Source: Vicugna vicugna
Lineage: Eukaryota
Length of the DNA: 64,000 bases
Reading direction: 5' to 3'
NCBI GenBank assembly: GCA_013265495.1
Contig: MU058287.1
Location: 558,001 to 622,000, forward strand
Shown here: in pieces, positions 52,513-64,000 of the stretch
How positions within the stretch are numbered: the stretch's first letter is position 1
Layout of the letters: every line of letters starts with the position of its first letter
Made by a program: the position numbers and the translations under genes
Notes under the pieces: generated by a model
What the model was told of the DNA's origin: nothing
The model's database searches: none
The model's input: the letters and a program-made list of their open reading frames with translations, nothing else

Positions 52513-52660
52513 GAATCATGGAGTTTTTAAAGTTGGAAAGGAGCCAAGAGATCATTTAACTTAGTCTTCTTATTTCAGCAATGAAATACTGGGGTCGTTG
52601 CTCAAGGTCACAGGGCTAGCTAAGTAGCAGAGTTGGGTCTGGGACTCAGTTCTCTTCTTA
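52513..52660 (-). mobile_element. MIR3/MIRc-like SINE
   Basis: gaatcatggagtttttaaagttggaaaggagccaagagatcattt...tgctcaaggtcacagggctag. Confidence 0.75.
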
Positions 52661-53614
52661 GTTTATGGTTAATCATCCCAATGGATGGTCAAAACTGAGA
52701 ACATTAACTGAGATTTATTGCCTGTCCTGATTGTGCAATGATTATCAAAGCCAGAAATTAGAAATAACCTATAATAGTCAAACAGCAAGATATTTGTTGA
52801 ATCAATTGGGATATAGTCATGTAATAGAATAAGCCATTTAAAAATGGTATAAAAATATATTTGAAAACCCAGAGTGGGTCAGTGACTAGTTCATTGTTGA
52901 ATCTGCTCATCAAACCTTTCACACCAGTGTGAGCTGTGGGATTTCTGTTCCTGAGTTTTGCCACTTTTCTCCCATGCCCATGAGTTCAGGAAAAAAATGA
53001 ATGAGCTAGAAAGTGTATCCTCAATTGTCATGAAATGAATTTCAGTCTTTTAAATTTACTTTTGATTCCCAAATAGAAATTGATTATTGAAAATAATTGA
53101 GCTTCAATGATCTGAAAAGAAAAAACAGGGACCTTTAAACACTTTTATTCCCAGATTTGTCTTTCTATGTCAGCAGTACACACTACTAACCAACATGGGC
53201 GTGTGTGCGTGTGTGCGTGGATTGCCTCTGTGTGGTTCCACGGCAACTATGATGGGGACTTTCTGCTGCTATTGTGTAACTGGGCCCATTGTCTCCTCTT
53301 TTGCAAGATGTTAGATACCATTTACCTTATTTGGGTCCACCACGTGCTAAAACGTGGTGAAAAAGCAATTTGATGACTTGTAAGTATTCCCTTAGTGGCA
53401 AAATACTGGCAGTTCAAAGTATTAATAAAGGGAGAAGTTGGAGAGAAACATGGGCAATTCTAAAGCATATTACTTCCTAAAACTTCTTTGAGCAGAAATC
53501 TTCACTGTTGGTCAATGACAGCACCCCCGGAGGTCTTTCAACAACTGATGTCCCCTCTCCTAGGAATCTCCTAAATCCTCATGCACATTTACCTCCCCGC
53601 TAGCTGATACCACA

Positions 53615-54897
53615 TTTTAAAAAATGAACCCTTTATTTTAGAATAGTTTTAGATGTGCAGAAAAGTTGCAAATATCGGACGAGGGTTCTCACATGCCTCC
53701 AGCTTGGTTTCTCCTGTTGTTTGTCTCTTGTATGAGTAGGATGCATTTGTTACAACAAAGGAGTTTGGGTGCATTCCTGTTAACTCAACTCCACAGTGTG
53801 TTAGGCTTACACTAGTTTTTCCTGAAGGTCCTCTTTCTTCTGTTTCAGGATTCCACCCAGGAGACCACGTTACATTTATTCATGGTGTCTCTTGGTCTGT
53901 GACAGTTTTTCAGATTTGCCTTGTTTTTAATGACCTGGAGGTGTGTTTATTGGTCAGGTCTTTCGTAAGTGTCCCTTAGTTTGGTTTGTCTGGTGTTTTT
54001 CTCATGATTACAATGGGGCTGGAGGTTTGGAAGTCTGATTCTCGTCCATCATGATCCAGCATGCTCCCAACATGATTTATCACTGATCAGGTTAATGTCC
54101 ATCACTTGGCTGAGGTAGTGTCTGTCAAATTTCTCCACTGTCAAGTCCCTCCTTTCCCCCACCTTTCCATACTGAAGTCTTTTGAAGGAAGACACCATGT
54201 ACATACAGCCCAGATTTCAGGAGTAGAGAGTTAAGATCCCCCTTCTTGAGAGGGAAATATTTATATAAATTATTTGCAGTTCTTCTGTACAGATTTTCTG
54301 CTCTCCCACATTTGTTTATTTATTCAGTAATTGTCTATATCAGTATGGACTCATAGATATTTTATACTTCAGATTATAATCTGATACCGCACTATTTATT
54401 TTTTTGCTCAAATTGCTCCATCTTTGGCCTGTGGGACTCTTTCCATTGGCTCCTGTGTGACTTTGAGCACTTGTTTACTTTCTGGCACTACAAGATGCTC
54501 CAGGCTCATCTAATATTTTCCTTGCCCCAGCCTTGGAAGCAGCCTTTTTTTGAAGAGATCTGATTCCTTTTATTGGGGAGTGCTATTAGAAACCAAGACC
54601 TGAGTCCTCCCTGGGGTGTCACTGCTTCCAGCCCCTCAGAACAATTAGGAGACACATGTATATACTGAGCCATGTATACACACAAATCTGTTCTCTCTCT
54701 CTCTCTCGCCAAAACATGAATTCATACTGATGTCTCCAACTCTACTCCAGTGACACACAAATCAGTCTAGCTTCTCCCTTTGCTTATCTGTAACCTTTCT
54801 TTCCAAGTGTGAGAAATCTGGCTCCCAACATCCACCGTTTATTTGTTCCATGCAGTTTACAAGCATAGCAGTTTCAGAATTAACTCATAACCCCGGG
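53615..54897 (-). mobile_element. L1MC-like 3' UTR
   Basis: ctttattttagaatagttttagatgtgcagaaaagttgcaaa...tgtttcaggattccacccaggagaccacgttacattta...caaattgctccatctttggcc...ggcactacaagatgctccaggctcatc. Confidence 0.85.
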
Positions 54898-57539
54898 TAG
54901 TGCCACACATTTTGATTCTTCTGTTCCTTTTCACTTCCCTTCCATTGGCCATTCATCCTGCCCCCAGAAAGGAAGAAATTTGATCCAACCCAGTGTAAAT
55001 GCTGAGTATCAAGAGAGTAAGGATCTCCTTTAGACAACTCAAAACAAGGATAGCCACTTGGCTTTCCTAGAAACTACTGTCCTGTCTCATCTGCGATGGC
55101 TCATAGCATCAGTTCCCTCTGACCCTGTTGTCTACTTGGTTCTGTGCCCAGAATTGGATGTCTGCCCCTGTCTGACAGCACATTTTCTAACTCTAAGAGA
55201 GGCCTCACATAAGGGTAGGAAATAAAGTTAAATCTTCCCTAAATGTTCCCCTAATGTTTCTCTACCATGTGTTCTGTAACCTTTAAAGAGGAAAGTGGCA
55301 GAATTATAGTGGAAGTATAAAAGCTGTAATGGAAATGAAAATTATGCAGTGATAATATTATGTAAGCATAATAAATTACCAAGGCACAAAGAAAATAACC
55401 TAGAAACCATGTTTTAGAGAAATGAACATTGGTTTGCTCGTTTTCTTACTTCCTCTAAATTCTTGATTTTTAAGTGTCAGATGTTTTTGTACAGTGCCCT
55501 TTTAGTGGGTATAGTTTTTGGTACAATAAAATCACAATGAGTAATACTGTAAGTGTACACCTAGTACAACAGAATATTATTAATACATTTTTTACGACAT
55601 ATGATTTCTCTTTGTTTTTGTTATTATTGGACTTCAAAAATGTATTCTCATTAACCTTCAGATACTTAAGGCTATTCAGAGGGAAGTTGAGGCCATCTTT
55701 GCCCCTGTTTTTGTTTTTTTTTTTCCACAGAGTGGCTGTCATTTTCCACAGAATCAGTACCAGGAATTCTTTTATTGAGGCTTTTTTTCTAAATGATCTT
55801 TCACCTACAAAATTTGTAAGGAGGAACTCTGCCACATTTGTCTCACCTAGTGACTGAAATAATTATGTGTGGAGAAAAACCTAAAACAAATAAAGTATCA
55901 GGGAACTACTGAATATTATACAAACACTACAAACTCTTGTATTAAGTAGATTTTATTTTTCTAAGAATCCTTGTCATTCAGTTCTCAGATCTCAAAGACT
56001 ATCCAAACTTGTTACTTATTTCATATAGATAATTATCTAGCTTCATTTAGTTTTGGCTTCTGTGGTCACATTTTCAAAGGGATTGATTAATAAATTCCTG
56101 TTTTGATGAAAAATAAAACCTGCACATATTTTCTGAATTTTACTTGGTGGTGGTGTGATGGAGTCCTGTTAGGGATGAACTTGTTTTGGTGGGAAGATAG
56201 ACTGAGCTGTGTCATTTAAAATGTCTGCATTTGAACAGCTAATGGCTGTATTTAAAAATATTTAGGTAATATTTTAAATATTTAAAATGTTGATTTCAAG
56301 TGTGAGAACAAAAGTTCTGATGAATGACAGGTCACTTTTCGTAACATGTAAGTGGATCAAAATTAATATTTAAAACAGTCAGGAAGTTTACACTTTCATC
56401 TGGGATTTACTTGGCAGTTTGTTCGTATCTGTGTGTAAATGCCAAATTCACTAGACTTGCAAAAAAATTTTTTAGAAAGTTTCAAAGAAGTTTTAATGTC
56501 CAAAAGAGAAATGATAGAATTATCAATGGTCTTGGCCATATCCTAGGTGTTTGGAGGAAAGAAGGGTGTTAATGTTCTGTCCGTGTTAGTCCTAAGCAGG
56601 TGACAGTCCCCTTCACATTCACGATTTAAGAGAAGGACAATGGCAGTGTGGCCAACTGTGCCAATGTATGGCTCCTAATTGCAGGTATGATTTTGTGTAA
56701 TAGCCCAGTAATTACAAAATTAGAGATGGATTAATTCAATCAGGAGAAAGGTATGTGTGTATGTGCACTGCTGTGGTCATTGGCACTGGTCCAGGCCCTT
56801 TCCAGAGTAAGGACTAAAACTGTAAATGCATAATAAAGAAGGAGATGGCAGCTAATGTCTCATGCAGCTATGAATTGAACATTATGGCTTTCATTTTTCA
56901 CTTCTCAGCTACCTCATTCAGTCTTCCCATCGGTCACCTTCGGTCATCTAGGGAATTATTTAATTTTTATTTCAGTTTGTTTTTGTTTTCAGGAGAAAAA
57001 AATAGACTATTCCTTAATGGTTCAGCTCAAGAGCAGAGTTTTGATGGAGTATCGGGGAACTGGATATGTGGGTTGAGAGAAGATGAGAACTAAATGTGTA
57101 TTTACAGCCACAGAAGTGAATTTGAGATGGAAGCGTTAGTTCCTATGTTTGTAATAGTCAGTCCTTTTGTATTTCACAGCATTTAAGCTGTTCAAAATTG
57201 AGCCTTAGAATAAAGTCTCAGTGGAGACGAAATACCCTCTGGTCTGTTTTACCTTGGGTTTACCCTGGTTTGAGGAAGGCAGTTGGACAGGAGTAGAAGT
57301 GAAGTAAATAAGGATTTTACTTTTAATTTGGGCTTAGCATCAAAATCAGTCTGTCCCATCTCTCTGTCTGTTGCACTGTGGCCAGCATAGGTGGGATAAA
57401 GTAGGGTTAGGAACCATTCATAGAAGAATCAGTCACCGCAGAAGTTGCATTTCTACCTGAAATTAGAGTAGACTTCACAAGTGGGAAGTATGGGATTTAT
57501 CATTCTTGTCTGGAAGGAGAACCTGTAAGGATTTAGGTA

Positions 57540-58730
57540 TTGGCATGTATTGATCATCTTCCTTCATTCAGTTTAAGATTTTCCTGGTTCTTGGTATGCC
57601 AAGTGATTTTGGGCTTGTATTGTTAATTTTATGAGGGGGAGATAATTAGCTTTCTTCATTGCTTTCCGCTTGTTGGTACTGGCGATTGAACCCAGGACCT
57701 CTTGGGTTCTGAGCATATGCTCTACCACTTGAGCTATACCCTTCCCCTGTCAAGTGATTTTTGATTGAAACTTAGACATTTTTGTGTCATACCAGGAGAC
57801 CATAAACCTTACTGAAACCTTTTGTGTTAACTGGCTTTGCCTGACACCTCTCCAGCAAAGGAAGCAAGGGGTGCCACCTCATTTCTGGCCAGTGGAAGTA
57901 AAAAGCCAGGTCCTCCCTTCATCTTTTGTTAATATCTGGTGGCAGAAATGGCAGGGTGGGGAAGGGAGTCTGTTGGGCGCTGTTGGGCATTGTTGGAGAC
58001 AGTTCAATTTTCAAATCCCCATGTTGTCTCTACTGACACCTCTGAGGGTGTGAGTGGCCTTGTTCCCACTGGGCGGTGGTTTGGTACGACCCCAGCACTC
58101 GGGTGGGCGGTGAGGGGGGCAGAGGGAGAAGAGACAATGTTACTGCCGGGTAGGGGTGGAAGCTCAAGATCCTGCATGGTCTCCATTGACTCCGCAGAGA
58201 ATGCTTCATTACCATCTGGCGTGCAGGAAGGTCCTGGCTCCCTTCTTGGTCCTCCCTGACAGCACTCTGACAGCACAGACCCCTGATAGGGGCTCCTTGT
58301 TAGAGCTTTACGAGGGTAGAAATCTTGTCTCCCCACTAAGCCTTTGTTGGCTTGGATGGTCGTAGCTTCTTCTGTGGTGTTTGGCTGGAGTGGAGCAGTT
58401 ATTGTCTGAAAGTTTTTTGTCTTGCTAGGCTTTCCTGCTCCTTTGGCTAGAGAGACCAGGTTCTTGTTGAGGTTTTTTTGGTCTCTGCCCATTGGTGTTT
58501 TCAGGTTGGGGACTGCTTCAGCAGCAAGTCTGGAATACATGAGCCAAAAGGAAAATCCAAGAATCTTACCTCCATGTTGTTAATTAGGTCTTGAGATCCC
58601 AGGCTGGCCTACTTTCTTTCCCTCTTGTGTAGTTTTTTTTAATGTTTATTTTATATATAAAACATCCAGTGTTTTTAGTTGTTTGTAGGAGGAGAAAGTG
58701 AGTCTACTCCATGTTCCTAGAAGCAGAGGT
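57540..58730 (-). mobile_element. Old L1M 5'-end region with degenerate internal repeats
   Basis: Repeated units of the form ccc..tggtctc.actgacacc; flanking agattttcctggttcttggtatg and gaaagtgagtctactccatgttcct resemble L1M 5' ends. Confidence 0.6.
57611..57747 (-). mobile_element. Camelid tRNA-Ala-derived SINE (Vic-1 type), diverged copy with 14-bp TSD
   Basis: Reverse complement ggggaagggtatagctcaagtggtagagcatatgctcagaacccaagaggtcctgggttcaatcgccagtacc; TSD tgccaagtgatttt (57597-57610) and tgtcaagtgatttt (57748-57761). Confidence 0.9.
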
Positions 58731-58769
58731 TCTTGCATTCAATTTTTGTTTTATTTTTCCCAATATTTC

Positions 58770-59420
58770 CCAGTATTTTGTTATGAAAGTTTTGAAGGTG
58801 AAAGAATTATACAGTTCACCACCACATATCCACCACCTAGACTCAACAGTTAACATTTTGCTATATTTTAAATAAAACTTAAATTTATTGTAAATTTATC
58901 CATCTGTCCATTCCATCTATTCATCAATTTATTATTTTTGATGGACATCAGTGCACTTCACCCCTTAACACGTCACCTCGCATGCCATTAATTGGACTTC
59001 AATATTTATTTATGGTTTTTAAAAGTAAAATGCACAATATCATAAATACCATTTGATGAGTTTTGTATAACCAATCCTTTATTGAGATACTTTCCATCAC
59101 CCCAGGAAGTTCCCATTAAGCTCCTTCTTAACTACTTTCTACCTCCATCTCACTCCAAGAAGCAACTGTTCTGATTTTCTTTCTTTCTTTCTTCTTTTTT
59201 CTTTAGGTTTTGTTTCCATAAATTCATTTTGCCTTTTGTAGAAGTTCTCATAAATAGAACCACAGATGCATGCTTTTGTGTGTCACTTTTTTTTAGCACA
59301 GTGTTTTTTCTGAGACGCATTCCTGTTGTTGTAGGTATCAATGGCTCGTTTTTCAAAATTGCTGAGTGCTATTTCATTGCATGAATAATACATAGTTTAT
59401 CCATCCTTAGCTGATTCTAG
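58770..59420 (-). mobile_element. Old L1ME-like 3' fragments
   Basis: catatccaccacctagactcaacagttaacattttgctatattt; tgccttttgtagaagttctcataaatagaacc...gtgctatttcattgcatgaata. Confidence 0.65.
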
Positions 59421-59449
59421 TTTTTTGCCGTTAAAATTTGATTGTAGGG

Positions 59450-59741
59450 AAACTAATTAATATAACAAAAAAGAAGCAGAGTCACAGAAATAGAGAACAA
59501 ACTAGTGGTTATCGGTAGGGAGAGGGAAGTGGGGAGGGGCAAGATAGGGGTAGGGGACTAAGGTACAAACTGTTAGATATAAAATAGCAACAAGGATATA
59601 TTGTACAACAGGGGGAATATGGCCAATGTTTTATAATAACTATAATAGGAGTATAACCTTTAAAATTGTGAATCACTGTATTATACACTTGTAACTTATA
59701 TAATATTGTACATCAAATATAAGTCAATAAAAATTAATTTT
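59450..59741 (+). mobile_element. L1 3' end with TSD
   Basis: gagaacaaactagtggtt...ggggaggggcaagataggggtaggg...tgtgaatcactgtattatacac...aataaa; TSD aaaatttgattgtaggg (59433-59449, preceded by tt) and aaaatttgatagttggg (59742-59758). Confidence 0.9.
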
Positions 59742-60473
59742 AAAATTTGATAGTTGGGGTAATATACGTTATCACCATCTTTCTGTTGTGAACATAGTGC
59801 AAGGCAACTTAAGGTTTGGGGCTTTTTCTTCTGATTGGTGAAATGATTAAGGCACATAAAGATATGTTCTCTTATGTACAACACCCACACTTTCCGCATA
59901 TTTCTTGTCATGCGTGGTAGCTATCTGTTTATTTGAAGCTGAAAACTTTTTTATACTAGAAGCAAAATATAGTTTTAGCATGATAAAAATTAGAATTTAG
60001 CTTCTTGGCACTAAATTTTATTTTGTGGAGGAAAAAACTATGATTTTAACTAGCCATAACTCTCATATTCTTTACTGAGAATGCCAAACTCGTCTCTGGA
60101 GGAACATCCTATTTCAGAAATGCATAGAATACTCCATTTCTACACAAAATATTGCTGTGGTTGTTGCAGATAGATCCAGCTGTGCTTCACAGGCCCTTAT
60201 TTGTCTGACCTTAACTATTATGTCTTTTACACTTCTTTTCTCTTTCCCCAAAATGATTGTCCAAGGAGGGGGAGGGCCGTGGTTTCTGATTGATTTATTG
60301 ATTGATTGATATTAGAGGAGTTCTATCTGCTGGAAAATGGGGCCAAATAAACTTTATATGAGATCTCAGTTAAAGTGGGTGTGTTTGCTATTAGCAGTAC
60401 AGGAAGAAAGAGATGATGTTGTTTCAGACTTTTATTACAGCTTTTCCTTGACTTTATTTTTTTTTTTATACAG

Positions 60474-60641
60474 TTGATGGACTGGACAAAGCTTCTATAG
60501 CAAATTCAGATGGCCCAGCAGCAGGTTCCCAAACACCTCCCTTCAAGAGAAAGGGGAAACTCTCCACCATTGGTAAAATCTTCAAGCCTTGGAAATGGAG
60601 GAAAAAGAAGACCAGTGACAAATTTAGAGAAACATCAGCAG
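60474..60641 (+). CDS. PHACTR2: PHACTR2 second coding exon (168 nt, phase 1-1)
   Basis: Translates (V)DGLDKASIANSDGPAAGSQTPPFKRKGKLSTIGKIFKPWKWRKKKTSDKFRETSA, containing the PHACTR-family KIFKPWKWRKKK basic motif; flanked by tacag| and G|gtatga. Confidence 0.98.
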
Positions 60642-60962
60642 GTATGAATTTCATAACTTCATTAGGAGATAAATAGTTAAATTTTCCAAAAGGTAAAAAA
60701 TTGTATCTTGTAGGGTTTCTTGGTTTTTTTGTTTCGGAAGAAATTAATCTGTATTTGAAATAAAATTGTTTCATTTAAGGGGGAAACAACTTAGAGTTTT
60801 GATTTGCCTTCTTTTTCTATTCACTTTGGCTTCCCAATATAGTCTTGTTTTAAAATATGTATTTGTAAATCATATAAAATTAATGTGTAGGGAGAGGGAG
60901 GTAAATGGAAAATTAGACGTGTTAATGTTATTTGTGAACATTATAGCTGCAGGTATCCATTT

Positions 60963-60986
60963 ATACACATACACACACACACACAC
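60963..60986. repeat. Imperfect (CA)n microsatellite
   Basis: atacacatacacacacacacacac. Confidence 0.85.
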
Positions 60987-61704
60987 CCTCAGAGTATTAT
61001 TTTTCTGTCTACTTAGTTCCAGTAGCACAATACTATTTGTTAATTAAAATTTTTAAAGTGCCTTTTAAATGTATTTGTTCTGTGGGCAGAATTTAAATGG
61101 CTATATGAAAGTGTTGCTGTATTTATTAATTTTAATTTTAATTAAAATTTTAATTTTAAATTTCCAGCATGTCCTTAAAACAAATGGTCTGTGTCCTAGA
61201 GAAGTCATAAACTTCTTGGTGTGAAAACTTTATATTCTTATTTTATTTTGTGGATTTATTAAACCTTGAGAAGAAGAATATTTAATGCCTTTCATATGGA
61301 CTCATGGAGAAAGCTGGCTTTAAATCTCAGGTCAGAATTAAGCCTGATTTAAACAAGTGTCCGGTATCAGTGGTATTTTGTTTAAGGTAGAAAGGCATTT
61401 GTCTCTTGATACAAGTTTAGCTTTTATCATATTGATTATCTAAAATGATCCCTGCATCAGAATTCCTCACTGCACCAGAGTCTAATATTGTCCATGTATG
61501 TACAGGATCACAGAGCATCCCTTACTGGTCTGTGCTTAGATAAGAGCTGGCCTTTAGTTCCCGAGCTGGTGAAATAAAATGGAAAACACCACACATGGCT
61601 TGAGGGGACAGGATAGTGACACCAGAGCTTCATAAAGAAAATTGTCTCTGCTGTATCTGCAGGTATCTCATTTCTTTGAGCATTTAATATTTTTAAAGAA
61701 ATAA

Positions 61705-62424
61705 GGAAAAAAGAAACTCTCCTACACTGTTGGTGGGAATGTAAATTGGTGCAGCCACTATGGAGAATAGTATGGGGGTTCCTTTAAAAATTAAAATTAG
61801 AGTTACCATACAAACTAGCAGTCCCACTCCTGGGCATGTATCTGGAGAAAACTATAATTTTAAAAGATACATGCATCCTGATGTTCATAGCAGCACTATT
61901 TACAATAGCCAAGACATAGAAGCAACTTAAATGTCCATCAACAGATGAATGCATAAAGAAGATGTGGTATATATATATATTTACAATGGAATACTACTCA
62001 GCCATAAAAAAGAATGAAATAATGCCATTTACAGCAACACGGATGGACCTAGAGATTATCATACTAAGTGAAGTAAGTCAGAAAAAGAAATACCATATGA
62101 TATCATTTATATGTGGAATCTAAAAAAAATAATGACACAAATGAACTTATTTGCAAAATAGAAAGAGACTCACAGATGTAGAAAACAAACCAGAGAGGAA
62201 AGAGGGTAGGGAGGGATAAATTGGGAGTTCTGGGTTTGCAGATACTAACTACTACCTATAAAAAAAGATAAACAGTAAAGTCCTACAGTATAGCACAGGG
62301 GACTATATTCAATATCTTTTAATAACCTATAATGGGAAAGAATCTGAAAAAGAATATATATATATATAAATTCAGTTATATATATATATTTATATATCTA
62401 AATTCAGTTTTATATATATGTGTA

Positions 62425-62467
<43 letters not shown>

Positions 62468-62690
62468 ATAAAAACTGAATTGGGGGAGGATATGGCTCAA
62501 GTGGTAGAGCACATGCTTAGCATGCACAAAGTCCTGGGTTTAATCCCCAGTACCTCCTCTAAAAATAAATAAATAAATAAATAAACCTAATTACCTCCCC
62601 CTGCAAAAAAAAGAAACTGAATCACTTTGCTATATACCTGAAACTAACTCAACGTTATATATGAACTACAGTAAAAAACTTTAAAAAACC
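61705..62690 (+). mobile_element. L1 3' portion (lineage-specific) containing a compound (TA)/(TG) microsatellite and a nested SINE
   Basis: ctcctacactgttggtgggaatgtaaattggtgcagccactatggag...ggatggacctagagattatcatactaagtgaagtaagtcag...gaatcactttgctatatacctgaaactaa; microsatellite at about 62355-62470. Confidence 0.93.
62482..62613 (+). mobile_element. Camelid tRNA-Ala-derived SINE (Vic-1 type) with 9-bp TSD
   Basis: gggggaggatatggctcaagtggtagagcacatgcttagcatgcacaaagtcctgggtttaatccccagtacctcc, then (AAAT)n, aaacctaattacctcccc and an A-tail; TSD aaactgaat at 62472-62480 and 62614-62622. Confidence 0.95.
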
Positions 62691-62714
62691 CATACCATTA
62701 AAAAAAATAACGAT

Positions 62715-62880
62715 ACTATTTCTAGGATTTGTTTCAAAATAGTCCTGGAGGAGAGGTAAGTATAGATGAAAGAAGATTGGCCACAAGTCAGTAATTATTT
62801 AAGCTGAGCGATAGATACATGGGGTTTATTATTCTCATATCTCTATTTACAGATATGGGAACATTTCCATAATAAAAAGA
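62715..62880 (+). mobile_element. Old L1ME-like 3' terminus
   Basis: ggatttgtttcaaaata...tatagatgaaagaagattggcc...agctgagcgatagatacatggggtttattatt...atttccataataaaa. Confidence 0.7.
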
Positions 62881-64000
62881 TAGGTAAAGGAAAAAGACTT
62901 GGCTTAAGGGCAAATGATGATAGCGTGGTTATTGAATCCTGCTTAGTTGTTGGCTTCTTGGGTTAGGAGGCAGTGGGAAGCGATGGACGGAGTGCTGTGC
63001 TGAGGGAACATCTGGATTCTAGTTGTATTCTTGCCACCAAGGTGCCGTGTGACCTGGAGCAAGTCGGGTCAGAGTTGAGTGAGTTGAATTTTAATGTGCT
63101 TTCAGTTCCAGATTCTGTTGTGGGTCCTTGACTCCCTCCGATTCCTGGCTGGGTGTCTTGTTCTGCCTTCTTCTTCGGTGCCGATGGAAGTACCCTGGCC
63201 TTCTTAAGTGCCTCCCTCTCAGGTTTCCCTAAGCATTGGGGGAATCTGGCTCTTTGAGTTACCATGGATACCGAAGATGGGTGTAGGGCTCCAGACAGTA
63301 GTATTAAGGCATTGAAAAGAAACGGTGGAAGTCAAGTCAGTTGTCTTTCTTGCCCTTTTCCTGAATCTGGGCTGCTAACTTTTTTCTCCCTAAAGTAGAA
63401 ACAGTTACAAAGAGCTTTCCTTCATCTTTTCTTGTCACCTTTTAAAAATTGTTTTAATGGTAGGGAGGCTGTAACATTTCCACTAGCCCAGAATATCTTA
63501 GAAAAGTCATTTTAAACAGCACTAAATGTTATTATATATTAGTCTATATTTATTGAGGACAGGCTAGCCATCCTCATAGTCACTCTTTCCTTTTCAGATT
63601 CACATAGGATTTTATATAAATTGAGCTCTAAGAAGTTACTTGTGGATACTCTATTTCTAGTTCCTAAAGACTACCAAGCTACATTAAGAACCTGGAAAAG
63701 TTATTAGATGCCTCATTTGTTTTTATTTTTTCCTTGTCTTTGCATCAAAATTGTGATGTAATAGCATAAAAACAATCCAAGTAGATGTGTTAACAATCCA
63801 TTGTGAATTTTTCTGCATCATTCCTTTTTAAACCCATTTATCACTAATTTTTACTTGGATTTCATAAGATGTTATCAAATATCCTCTATATTTTATTATC
63901 ACTATATATATGTATGTATGTATATGTTTATTTTAAGGCTTCAATTTCTGCTGAGCTTTACAAAATGTATTAGTAAAGCCTAAAATAAATGGAGCCACAA

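Larger units (their letters stand above)
31520..60473 (+). other. PHACTR2: PHACTR2 intron (28,954 nt, GT-AG, phase 1)
   Basis: gtgagt donor; candidate branch point ccttgAc (A at 60451), T-rich tract and tacag acceptor ending at 60473. Confidence 0.9.

Noticed and set aside
58004..58540. 178-aa minus-strand ORF
   Set aside because: Lies within an old L1 5'-end-like repeat; no recognisable protein similarity or splice support.
60431..60473. Alternative acceptor ttacag at 60440, 33 nt upstream of the exon 2 acceptor
   Set aside because: Although the offset is a multiple of 3, it reads G|CT TTT CCT TGA (premature stop) and lies upstream of the likely branch point; no support for use.
62482..62556. 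tRNA-Ala(AGC)-like sequence, also at 10235-10307 and 57675-57747
   Set aside because: These are SINE heads: mutated stems or B box, SINE-specific tail and flanking TSDs, so not functional tRNA genes.
1..64000. A novel multi-gene system, CRISPR array, rRNA, numt or processed pseudogene
   Set aside because: None recognised; the content is explained by two PHACTR2 exons, their promoter and ordinary mammalian repeats. Unannotated non-coding exons cannot be excluded by eye.

Overview
Mammalian genomic DNA, most likely camelid (alpaca, llama or camel): it carries three tRNA-Ala-derived Vic-1-type SINEs and no Alu, B1, Bov-tA or CHR-2 elements that I could recognise. The window holds the 5' part of PHACTR2 (phosphatase and actin regulator 2) on the + strand. 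A CpG-island first exon encodes MGQTSVSTLSPQPSS (CDS 31474-31519) and is spliced across a 28,954-nt GT-AG intron to a 168-nt exon (60474-60641, VDGLDKASIANSDG...KIFKPWKWRKKKTSDKFRETSA). The rest is intronic or upstream DNA full of transposon fossils (L1, L2, CR1/L3, MIR, MaLR/ERVL/ERV1 solo LTRs, Tigger and hAT elements) and microsatellites. Almost all ORFs in the supplied track are spurious or decayed L1 ORF2. I see no evidence for a new multi-gene system. The most interesting details are a tailless 5' tRNA-Gly(GCC) fragment nested in an LTR16A inside an old L1, three upstream ATGs in front of the PHACTR2 start (one overlapping ORF stops right after the exon junction), an isoform-specific Met-Gly N-terminus, a MER41-like solo LTR, and a probable L1-associated deletion junction. 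Repeat family names come from my recollection of consensus sequences, not from a database search; old-repeat boundaries are approximate.
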